From sequence record MG655270.1: DNA of 64,000 nt; one strand, 5' to 3'. The notes below the pieces were generated by a model. It searched no databases and was not told the DNA's origin. It saw nothing but the letters and a program-made list of their open reading frames with translations. Both the position numbers and the translations under genes were made by a program. Every line of letters begins with the position of its first letter. Positions within the stretch are counted from its first letter, which is position 1. Positions 18,127 through 26,502 of this stretch are shown one piece after another.

Positions 18127-18909
18127 ATGGCTATGACGTTCGAAAAAGAAGGGGACACGTTGCACATTGTGCGACTGAGAACCAAAGGCTGGTACCACAT
18201 GACGGTAACCAGCGATCCTGATGCGAGTATGGATATCGTTAACACGAACTTACGTCAGGGCACTTTTACTGATCCACTTTTACAACACCAGTACGACATC
18301 TGTAAAAAAGAGATGGGACAAGATCCCAATCCAAATGACATCGTTTTCCACCAGTTCGTGACCACGCCAGACCAGACCGGGTATCAGTCTGGCCACTGGA
18401 TGATTCGTGATCACATTCGCCACGGCTATTCACTGAAGTGCCTGACTAACATCGGTGACTGGCTTTCGACCGCAGCCTATCTTTATATCCCAGACCCTGA
18501 TGATAAAGAGGGCGGTGAGAGAAAATACAAAGTAACTGACTTAGGTAAGTATCTCGACAAGGAAGAGTTATTGGGTCATTCTGACCACCTGCCGATGTAT
18601 TTCTTGCCTGATGAGGAACCGGGTGACAGCTATGATGAGTTGATTGAAACCCATCGTCTCCCGCAACCTGACAAAGGTTACTCTTGTGTGGCCATCAAGA
18701 ACGGTATGTCGTTTAGTTTGCTGACGTACAACAACTCCAAGCGGGTGCTTTCAGAAGAGGAAGAACTGCAAACCACAACCGTCCCAGTCAGGGCAGATGG
18801 TTTGCTGTACAGCTCCGTCTTAGAGTTGGCTATGGCTAAGAACGCCCCAGTCTGGTTTGTCTTGGAGATGTTAACCTCCGAAACGGACCCGAACTGGCAT
18901 TTCGTCTAA
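18127..18909 (+). CDS. Hypothetical protein with C-terminal NUMOD1-like HTH; paralogue of 13871..14578
   Basis: LTNIGDWL; C-terminal VRADGLLYSSVLELAMAKNAP...NWHFV. Confidence 0.65.
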   Translation: MAMTFEKEGDTLHIVRLRTKGWYHMTVTSDPDASMDIVNTNLRQGTFTDPLLQHQYDICKKEMGQDPNPNDIVFHQFVTTPDQTGYQSGHWMIRDHIRHGYSLKCLTNIGDWLSTAAYLYIPDPDDKEGGERKYKVTDLGKYLDKEELLGHSDHLPMYFLPDEEPGDSYDELIETHRLPQPDKGYSCVAIKNGMSFSLLTYNNSKRVLSEEEELQTTTVPVRADGLLYSSVLELAMAKNAPVWFVLEMLTSETDPNWHFV

Positions 18910-18997
18910 CCGAGATTGGCTGTGGGGAATCCTATGCAATTGCAAAGTGTAGAGAGAACCACGGCCAATCGTAAGCTGTATCATAAGGAGAGAGATT

Positions 18998-20578
18998 GTG
19001 AGTGAAGCTAACCAGAACATCGTAGAAAGCTACGACGACCTGCCGAAGAACGCGCAGAAAGGTGATCGCTATACCGTGCGTGAAGACGCGATCGTTTACG
19101 AACTCCAGGAAGATGGTTCTTGGAAAGACGTAGACATCAACGAACAGGTTGATCAGGAAAACGAAGAGCAGGCGCAGACCGAAGATGGTCAGCAGTCTGA
19201 CACCGGTGCAACTGATCAACCAGCCTCTGATGAAGAGGGCGATGCTGATTCGTCTAAAACGGCAGCTACCGATGAAGAAAACCAGGTAGATGACAACGGC
19301 AATGACAAGCAGACTCCGGCTGAAGAGAAGCAGGAAGAAGCAGCGCAGGCGGTTGATGAAACCCAGCCACGTGATGACCCTTACGTACGAGGAGCGAACA
19401 GCGATGCCAATCCGGCACAACCTGAAGATGCGAATCAAACGCAAGATCAGACTGACGAAGCAGGACAAACTCCTGATTCTTCTGACGATGCCAACGCGCA
19501 GCAGGAAAGCACTGATGGCGTTGCGACGCAGGATGCGAAAGAGCAGGCTAACATCCCGGAAGGGGTAGATCCTGAAGAAGCGCAACCTGACAACCAGCCA
19601 CTGGCGGTAGCGCCGGTTGAACAACCCCCTGTCCAGCACGAAGCGGTCGCGGTTGATCCTAACGCCGACCAACCATCACCTGAAGCGCGTCCAGACAGCA
19701 AGATCGAAGAAGCAGCTGAACTGAACGCACAGAAAGAAGATGCGGCTCGTGATGAGATCGCTGAAGCCGGTGCCGATGCACAAGCTGCGACCTCTGCTGA
19801 GCAGACTGACGCTGGCAAAGCCAAAGAAGACGCACAGGCTGAAGGCCAGTTGCCGAACGATGGTGCTGCTGATGATGTCGCCGCTGGTAAACCACGTAAT
19901 GACCAGACCTACACCGAAGATCAGAAAGCGGCGAACACGCCAGCGCCTGAAATCGTGCAGGCTCAGGAAAACCATACGTCAGAGCCAGACCCGGTAGTCA
20001 GCCAGGAAGAGACCCATGTGCAGAACGCCACGGACCCTGACCAGCCGACTATCATCCCGCAGGAAGCGAAGTCTGAATCACTGGCGCATCAAGCGGCTGA
20101 TCCAACGCAGGAAACTGTGTTTGTTAAGCAGGATGAAAACCTGGACCCGGAAGTGCGCGTGCTGCAACAGCGCATTGAAGAGTACATCGGCAACATGGGT
20201 GTGAACGGTAAGCACGATCGCCGTGACGGTCCGAAGTATCAGGCTCGCCTGTACAAAGACCTGCACTCCATCATGGCGCTGGAGCCAGTGAAGTTCAAGC
20301 AAGTGATGGACTACCTGCTGAACCGTGTGTATGAAGAACGTGCCGGTGCTTTCTCCGACACCTATACGCGCCGTTACTTCGATCAGCTGTCACCGATGCA
20401 CATGCAGACCGATCGCGTGCGTGAGTTTGACAACATCCTGTCGCTGGTAACCACTGTGGGTCATTCCAAAAACCGCAGTCGTGCCCTGCAGCAGGTTGAT
20501 CTGCAACGCGCCCTGAAGAACATTCAGGATGCCGGTAAGCAGCAGCGTATGGCAGCGTACTTTGATGCTCTGCGTTAA
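18998..20578 (+). CDS. Protein with N-terminal fibre-like module, long acidic disordered linker and C-terminal helical domain
   Basis: GTG start with AAGGAG RBS; E/D/Q/A/P-rich centre; ordered-looking C-terminal ~150 aa. Confidence 0.75.
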   Translation: MSEANQNIVESYDDLPKNAQKGDRYTVREDAIVYELQEDGSWKDVDINEQVDQENEEQAQTEDGQQSDTGATDQPASDEEGDADSSKTAATDEENQVDDNGNDKQTPAEEKQEEAAQAVDETQPRDDPYVRGANSDANPAQPEDANQTQDQTDEAGQTPDSSDDANAQQESTDGVATQDAKEQANIPEGVDPEEAQPDNQPLAVAPVEQPPVQHEAVAVDPNADQPSPEARPDSKIEEAAELNAQKEDAARDEIAEAGADAQAATSAEQTDAGKAKEDAQAEGQLPNDGAADDVAAGKPRNDQTYTEDQKAANTPAPEIVQAQENHTSEPDPVVSQEETHVQNATDPDQPTIIPQEAKSESLAHQAADPTQETVFVKQDENLDPEVRVLQQRIEEYIGNMGVNGKHDRRDGPKYQARLYKDLHSIMALEPVKFKQVMDYLLNRVYEERAGAFSDTYTRRYFDQLSPMHMQTDRVREFDNILSLVTTVGHSKNRSRALQQVDLQRALKNIQDAGKQQRMAAYFDALR

Positions 20579-20593
20579 TTGATCATTTGATCA

Positions 20594-20642
20594 GCATAAG
20601 GAGAGGCCTCGCGCCTCTCCTGTTTATGCCGTCTTTTTTTTT
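20594..20642. terminator. Bidirectional GCATAA-stem-loop-TTATGCCG element
   Basis: GCATAAGGAGAGGC-CTCGC-GCCTCTCCTGTTTATGCCG, then a T run; convergent genes. Confidence 0.8.
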
Positions 20643-21145
20643 TACACTAAAATACCGTTAAAAGCCACCGGGTCATTACCCAGGAATGGGTTGTACCGAA
20701 CCACAGACCCTAATGTGTAATCGTAGTAGATAAAGTCCAAGCATTGCGCACCCTGGTAGGTAGTCCATGACTTTGATAGATAACCATTGCGGTCTAACGC
20801 AACGTAAGCTGGGCGGCTTGACAACGGAGTAAACTTCATCAACACTTGTGGTTGGTTGTTGAGGTTGTTTGTAAATACAGGCAAGGAAGGATGCGCATGC
20901 CTTGCAATCGAACACAACCAAGAGTCGTAGGTAAACCACTCTTTATACGACGTACCGTACATGTTGTTGGATGTGTTCAATGTAGTATTAACATATTTAC
21001 CGGCAGTAGCAGACATACTGGTACTTGCGTTCGCTACCTTTGTATATTTAGCGGTATTAGCTGCAAGCCACTCCTGGAATTGCGCATAGGTCATTTTGGT
21101 ACCTATCTGCGGCTGTGACTTACTACCCATTAACATCTCTAACAT
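20642..21145 (-). CDS. Putative virion accessory protein, MLEMLM family; paralogue of 21158..21667
   Basis: Shared IARHA.P, L.RNGY and LDFIYYD motifs and a FNG(I/V)L(V/I) C-terminus. Confidence 0.7.
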   Translation of the reverse strand: MLEMLMGSKSQPQIGTKMTYAQFQEWLAANTAKYTKVANASTSMSATAGKYVNTTLNTSNNMYGTSYKEWFTYDSWLCSIARHAHPSLPVFTNNLNNQPQVLMKFTPLSSRPAYVALDRNGYLSKSWTTYQGAQCLDFIYYDYTLGSVVRYNPFLGNDPVAFNGILV

Positions 21146-21157
21146 GGTAACTCCTGA

Positions 21158-21667
21158 TTAGATCAACACCCCGTTAAACGGTACCGGTGTGCCGCCATTT
21201 AACGGAGTCCACCGCATCACAACACCCTGGGTATTGTCGTAGTAAATAAAGTCAAGCACAGTACGACCGTTAAATGATCCGTAAGACAAGCTGGTGTAAC
21301 CGTTACGATTGAGGCCTGAATAGGCACTTTTGGTAACATAAGGTCCAAGCTTCATTAAACAAAACTGTTTATTCGCCAACATGTAATCAAACATCGTTTG
21401 TGCCGGACACGCATGTCGTGCGATCCTGGCCCAGGTTGAATCGTGAGTACAGGAGTTTAAATAGGGCGTACCCCACATGTTACCGCCATCACCCGTCATG
21501 GAGATCCTGGCATAGCCGTTCGTAAACGTGGTGGACGAAGGGGTGCCTGTATTCGACGCTGCACTGACCGCACTGTACTTAGTGGTATTGGTATTTAACC
21601 AAGTAACAAAATCCGCATAGCTCATCTTTACAGTTTTCTTGCCAGCGTACATTAATAACTCGAGCAT
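21158..21667 (-). CDS. Putative virion accessory protein, MLELLM family
   Basis: Clear paralogue of the neighbour; GAGG/GGAG RBS. Confidence 0.7.
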   Translation of the reverse strand: MLELLMYAGKKTVKMSYADFVTWLNTNTTKYSAVSAASNTGTPSSTTFTNGYARISMTGDGGNMWGTPYLNSCTHDSTWARIARHACPAQTMFDYMLANKQFCLMKLGPYVTKSAYSGLNRNGYTSLSYGSFNGRTVLDFIYYDNTQGVVMRWTPLNGGTPVPFNGVLI

Positions 21668-21808
21668 AACTCCACCTCAAAATAAAATCCCGTTAGCAAG
21701 GGTTCTGGTTCTCTAATACATGACTTATAGGATTTAGCCGGCATAACGGAGCAGGCAACGCCTACTCCTGAATCCTGGTGTGAATAACGGTTGGTCGATT
21801 GGGGTATT

Positions 21809-22786
21809 TTAACCCGCTGTAGTTTGATCTGGGTAACCTCGACCTGTCCCCCAGACAATACGAACAATACCATCAGCACCACTACCTAACAAACTGGTGC
21901 CGTCACTCTTGTACTGACTTGCCCCGCCGCCTCCTGCGCCCCCGCCTGGAATCGCGGTAGGTATCCCCGCCCCTGATCCTGGCATATCCTTGATACGTCC
22001 TGTCGATTTAATTCCCCCACCACCTCGACCAGTATAGATCTTGGTAGTGCCTTGGGTCGTCAGGGTAACATTCCCACCATAACCCGCTCCCGTATCCGCA
22101 GGGTTAGTGGGGGTTGCGCCATAAGCACATCCTGCGCCGCCATCGCCCATGTAACCGCCTGCACCGCCACCGCCGACCGCACGTGTCGTTAATGACCCGG
22201 TGCCACCCTTTCCACCTGTACCACCCCCAACAATAGGTTTGGTAGCAGGGTTCTGGATAGGGTTGTTCGCGATCCCGGCTAACACACCGCCGACGACATT
22301 TAACAGCCCGCCGACCAAACCGCCTACTAATCCCCCTACTATATCCACCAATACCAGATCCAGGAGATTACCGGAAAGTCCATTCGACTGCGGCATGACG
22401 GTAACTGCCGTGTTACCGGATGCGTCCTCCCCGCCACCCACTGCTTTTAACAGATAGGTGCCATTACGCGCTATCCCGGAGAAAGACCCTTTATTCGCCG
22501 TGAAGGCGGTTTTAACGGGTGTTGGTGTACCAATCCCACCTTGCCCTACCACAACCGTCATCTTCTCACCAGGAGTCACAGGGATCGCATTACGATAACG
22601 TAACGTCCCGCCATTCCCGCCGGTGTGTACAAGGGTAGTGCTACTGGCTGATTGCCCACCCCCTACTGCGACGGCACTCATGCTCGTTGCCCCTTCTGGC
22701 ACAATCAGTTCATACACCCCCGCCTTTGTGAAGAGCGTCTCTAGGGGTAACTTAATGTGTGTCTTGTTTAACAATAACCCAATCAT
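21809..22786 (-). CDS. Glycine-rich-domain virion/tail-associated protein
   Basis: FTKAGVYELIVPEGATSMSAVAVGGG...GGGAGG...GADGIVRIVWG, typical of phage glycine-rich domains. Confidence 0.7.
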   Translation of the reverse strand: MIGLLLNKTHIKLPLETLFTKAGVYELIVPEGATSMSAVAVGGGQSASSTTLVHTGGNGGTLRYRNAIPVTPGEKMTVVVGQGGIGTPTPVKTAFTANKGSFSGIARNGTYLLKAVGGGEDASGNTAVTVMPQSNGLSGNLLDLVLVDIVGGLVGGLVGGLLNVVGGVLAGIANNPIQNPATKPIVGGGTGGKGGTGSLTTRAVGGGGAGGYMGDGGAGCAYGATPTNPADTGAGYGGNVTLTTQGTTKIYTGRGGGGIKSTGRIKDMPGSGAGIPTAIPGGGAGGGGASQYKSDGTSLLGSGADGIVRIVWGTGRGYPDQTTAG

Positions 22787-22843
22787 GCATCATCCTTCTA
22801 GAATGAGTACCTTGACGACCTACTCGCGTCATAGCATTCCAGC

Positions 22844-22887
22844 CGGCATAAGGGAGTGGATACCCTGACCGTAGCCAAGGTATCCAC
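22844..22887 (-). terminator. Stem-loop plus TTATGCCG after DNA polymerase (minus strand)
   Basis: GTGGATACC...GGTATCCAC arms; CGGCATAA at 22844-22851 on the plus strand. Confidence 0.65.
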
Positions 22888-22895
22888 GTGGTGCG

Positions 22896-24617
22896 TCAAG
22901 CCGCAGCCATGAAATCGATCTCGATATGTTTTTCTACCATGAAGTCTTTCAGTAACGTAATGGTCTCAGGTGCTTTGTACAACTTACGCGCAAGTTCACC
23001 GGCATTGTTCATACCACCGGCTGCCAGGTTAACTGCTACCTGACGATACTCCGTATCATCCAATCCTTCGATCTGGGTCATCTCAATCCAGGTGGTTTGT
23101 TTCCCCACATTCATGATGACCGTACCGGTCGGATATGCCCCTTCTACGTCGATGTCGTTCGTACCTGTACGGACATAGGACTTGACGTTCGGCAGTTCTT
23201 TAAACATCGCTTTGCCGTTTAAGGCAACCAGCTCTGTTGGGAGCATAACGATCCAGCCACCGAGACCCTGAATGTGATCATCCAGTTCGGTACGCATCTG
23301 ATCCGATGTGGTACCCCAGATATACCCTTCTTTCATCACATCGTAATGCATCGCCTCAGCGATACGTGTCGGCTGCGATATAAAGTTACGGTAGTCTGAC
23401 ACCCCGCAGAACGTTGGAACCGCTACAGAGAGATCTGAGGTCTTCTCGTCCATCATTTCAACCACGATACAGTCGAAGATGTTATACATCACATATTCGT
23501 ACTTGTAGTTGCTCTGCATGAACTCATGCCAGTCCGCCCCGTGGTACCCTTCGGCTTCACTGAACTTCATCTTGGTCACACCGAGTATTTTCTCAGCGAT
23601 GTTATCCAGTTTGTAGTTCAGCTCTTTACCGTTCATGGTGCGCAGGTAGTAATAGGCTGACATCGATTCAGCCCAACGGAACGACGCAGGGGCATTGACG
23701 TAAGGCCACTTCTCATAGTTAGCTAATGATGTCTTGGTGACTTCTTTGCCATCATTTTTTACTTTGTGGGTTTTGCCCTCGTAGTAATAAACGTTACGGT
23801 ACTCTTGTGGTACCGAGGGATCGCAAATAACGTCAGCAGGGTTGATGCCGGCATTAGTTAATGTTTGGGTAAGGACCTTGTAGTCGAACTCGAGTACGTT
23901 CCAACCAGTGATAAAATCAGGCATCCACTCATGGGCGCGTTCAAACAGTTTGACAAAGCCATCCGCCGCACTGTCAACCAACACGAACTCTGGGTTGGTG
24001 ATGCTGCGTTTGGTTGCCCAGTCACCCAGGTATTTATCCCAGGCCAGTTTCAGCTTCTGATGAATACGCTCATCCGCTTCCCCGCCAAAGTAGCGACGGA
24101 TCACAAAGGTAAAGGTGCGTTCTTTAAAGGTTAAGGATGCCATGATCGGCTCACCCTTATACCGCTCGTCTACCATTTCGGTTTCGATATCGAACACACT
24201 GATTTTGTACGGTGTAAAGGTATCAGGAAACTTCGCTTCATACATCGCTTTGACAATCGAAGAGGGTTCGATGTCAGCGCCATACACGTACGGACTGCGA
24301 CACACCCGACGCAACTGCTGATCAGTAGCGCCTTTTCCCAGCATCTTTGAGATGTGGTTAGGAAGATCCCACTGCGGGCAACTGAACTTCTGCAGCTTGG
24401 ATAGCTCTTCGTAATCTTTCTTATCCTGGTGATTGCGGTACGCCGGTTTGGTGAGGTAGTAATCACGCTTCATGTCTTTGATGATGCGGGTGTGGGGTTT
24501 GCTGTTCCCGTTCTCGTCAATGACATTCTCTTTCACGAAGATGATGTCTGATTTGCCGCGCAGAGAAAGGGTATAGATCGCGTGCTTGCATTCGAAACGA
24601 AGGTTATTGCTGCTCAT
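22896..24617 (-). CDS. Split B-family DNA polymerase: 3'-5' exonuclease plus motif A subunit (phiKZ gp82-like)
   Basis: ExoI SVFDIETE, ExoII TGWNVLEFDY, ExoIII YNIFDC, motif A DIDVEGAYPT; no motif B or C. Confidence 0.88.
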   Translation of the reverse strand: MSSNNLRFECKHAIYTLSLRGKSDIIFVKENVIDENGNSKPHTRIIKDMKRDYYLTKPAYRNHQDKKDYEELSKLQKFSCPQWDLPNHISKMLGKGATDQQLRRVCRSPYVYGADIEPSSIVKAMYEAKFPDTFTPYKISVFDIETEMVDERYKGEPIMASLTFKERTFTFVIRRYFGGEADERIHQKLKLAWDKYLGDWATKRSITNPEFVLVDSAADGFVKLFERAHEWMPDFITGWNVLEFDYKVLTQTLTNAGINPADVICDPSVPQEYRNVYYYEGKTHKVKNDGKEVTKTSLANYEKWPYVNAPASFRWAESMSAYYYLRTMNGKELNYKLDNIAEKILGVTKMKFSEAEGYHGADWHEFMQSNYKYEYVMYNIFDCIVVEMMDEKTSDLSVAVPTFCGVSDYRNFISQPTRIAEAMHYDVMKEGYIWGTTSDQMRTELDDHIQGLGGWIVMLPTELVALNGKAMFKELPNVKSYVRTGTNDIDVEGAYPTGTVIMNVGKQTTWIEMTQIEGLDDTEYRQVAVNLAAGGMNNAGELARKLYKAPETITLLKDFMVEKHIEIDFMAAA

Positions 24618-24717
24618 GATGAATGATAATCCTATGTCAAAACACTACAAAGTGCACCAGTGTTTAATACGCGTTATAACATCAGGCGTGCAACTACATT
24701 TATACAAAGGAGATCAC

Positions 24718-25980
24718 ATGATCCTATCTAGCGGTCTGGAAGCGATTAGCTTTCAAAAGAATCCGCTCTTTTACAAACAGCTGGTTGTCGAATTCGGCCG
24801 TCTGATGGAACTTGCTAAAGCCAACGGTAAGAAGCGCCTGACCGAAGAGATGATGGCGCAATCTAATCTGGCGAAGATCACCATGGCGAACACCGGTATC
24901 AAAGTCTCGCCTGGGGTGGATACCCGCATGCAGTGTAATGCGTACGTTATGATCCCAAGTATCAACTCCTATCACGTCTTCAATGACCGCATGCGTCAGA
25001 TCTTCTCAGGTTATGCCGAATCGTTTGAGCAGTTTCGTAAAGCCAACGACGTGCTGATTGGGTTGGTTGATCTGCAGAACTCCAAAGTGGGCGGGGTCTT
25101 CTCGACTATTGATCACCGCATCTGTCTGTCGTACGACATGATGACCGACTACGACATGACTCCGGGTGAAGTCGCCGCCATCTACATGCATGAAGTCGGC
25201 CATGCTTTTACCTTCCTGGAGATGCTGCATTATACCGCTACCACTAACCTGGTGCTGACGGCCGGCATTGAAGCGATCATCAAATCAGAAACTTCTCGTA
25301 AGCATGTCATCTTAAGTGATATCGAAAACTCCTTAGGGATTAAGATCGATAATAAAGATGAACTGGTCGCTTACGACAAGTATGAAGATTATGCTGTCAC
25401 GATCCTGTCGAAGTACAACCGCACCCTAGCGGCAGCCCTGGGTTCACCGGCACACGATGAATCGATGTCTGAGCAGATGGCGGATATGTTTGCCACCCGA
25501 CATGGCGCGGGATTGGATCTGGCGCGCGGATTGTCCCGTATTCACAAATATTACAATTCACCGAAGTTTAAGTTTGCCCGCTATCTGGAGATCTTTGTTG
25601 GCATCCTGCAGACCATGGGTTTGTCCCTGGTGTTCGATGTGCTGGGAGTGATCGTTGTCCTGACTGTCGGTAACTTCTTTGGTGGGACGTATGACCGGGC
25701 GAAAGACCGTTTCATCCGCATGCGTAATGAGATCGTGGTCGGCCTGAAAGATGAAGAGATCAGTGCAGCTGACCGCAAACTCTTGATCAGTCATATCGCC
25801 GAGCTGGACAAGATCATTGCCCAGGCCAAAAACGAAAGCTCCTTTGTCGAGCAGCTGTCCCTGGTGGTGCGCGCCAGCCAGCGTGAGCGTTATGCCAGCA
25901 AGTACCTGCAAAAGGATCTTGAAGCCCTTCTTAATAATCCGCTCTATGTCAGTGCGGCCAAACTGAAAACATTGCAATAA
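24718..25980 (+). CDS. Head/ejection protein with zinc-metalloprotease-like motifs (M48-like)
   Basis: AAGGAG RBS; SGLE cleavage site; HEVGH; EQMADMFA; hydrophobic C-terminal segment. Confidence 0.65.
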   Translation: MILSSGLEAISFQKNPLFYKQLVVEFGRLMELAKANGKKRLTEEMMAQSNLAKITMANTGIKVSPGVDTRMQCNAYVMIPSINSYHVFNDRMRQIFSGYAESFEQFRKANDVLIGLVDLQNSKVGGVFSTIDHRICLSYDMMTDYDMTPGEVAAIYMHEVGHAFTFLEMLHYTATTNLVLTAGIEAIIKSETSRKHVILSDIENSLGIKIDNKDELVAYDKYEDYAVTILSKYNRTLAAALGSPAHDESMSEQMADMFATRHGAGLDLARGLSRIHKYYNSPKFKFARYLEIFVGILQTMGLSLVFDVLGVIVVLTVGNFFGGTYDRAKDRFIRMRNEIVVGLKDEEISAADRKLLISHIAELDKIIAQAKNESSFVEQLSLVVRASQRERYASKYLQKDLEALLNNPLYVSAAKLKTLQ

Positions 25981-25993
25981 GGATTCATCAGAA

Positions 25994-26500
25994 ATGATTA
26001 TTGACGTAGCAGAATTAAAGAAACAGATCGTGTCGGTGCGTTCTATTGCAGAGATCCCAACTACCCTGCGTACTAAACTGATTGAAACCGGTCTGGCCCG
26101 TGCGGTAGCGTATGGTGTTGATCTGCCAAAAGAGCTGGTCGGTAACCCGGTCTCCTATTTCGCCAGCAACGCCACTGATGCTAAGCAGGCACTGGCGGTG
26201 ATCAACGAAACTAACGTGATCAACATCTCCCGTATCCTGTCACTCGCCACCATCATCTGGCAGGCACGCTACAACATGGTTTATCTGCCGGCCACTCGCG
26301 AGTCCATGGAGTTGACTCATCAGGTATTGTCCGATCAACGCGAATGGTTGTTCGATGCAGAGCAGCAGGATTTCCTGTCAGCGACCATTGGCGACGGTAC
26401 TGTGCAAGACAGCCTGAAGCTGGCCCTGTTAAACTTCACCTGCCCGGCTGTGATCAACCCTAACCAGGTAGCACCAGTCACCACCGCTGACGAGGAGTAA
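25994..26500 (+). CDS. Putative virion protein
   Basis: 168 aa within the head-protein operon. Confidence 0.6.
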   Translation: MIIDVAELKKQIVSVRSIAEIPTTLRTKLIETGLARAVAYGVDLPKELVGNPVSYFASNATDAKQALAVINETNVINISRILSLATIIWQARYNMVYLPATRESMELTHQVLSDQREWLFDAEQQDFLSATIGDGTVQDSLKLALLNFTCPAVINPNQVAPVTTADEE

Positions 26501-26502
26501 TC

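Noticed and set aside
13871-18909. Calling the NUMOD1-like pair active homing endonucleases
   Set aside because: No HNH, GIY-YIG or LAGLIDADG motif visible
18932-19975. Long antisense ORFs (246, 125 and 99 aa) opposite the acidic linker
   Set aside because: Mirror products of a low-complexity sense strand; no RBS; implausible composition
24586-24717. Track N-terminal extension overlapping the DNA polymerase start
   Set aside because: A strong AAGGAG RBS precedes ATG 24718; the same reasoning was applied to track starts 791, 2574, 7984, 15326, 35366, 44183, 50690, 54029 and 60019
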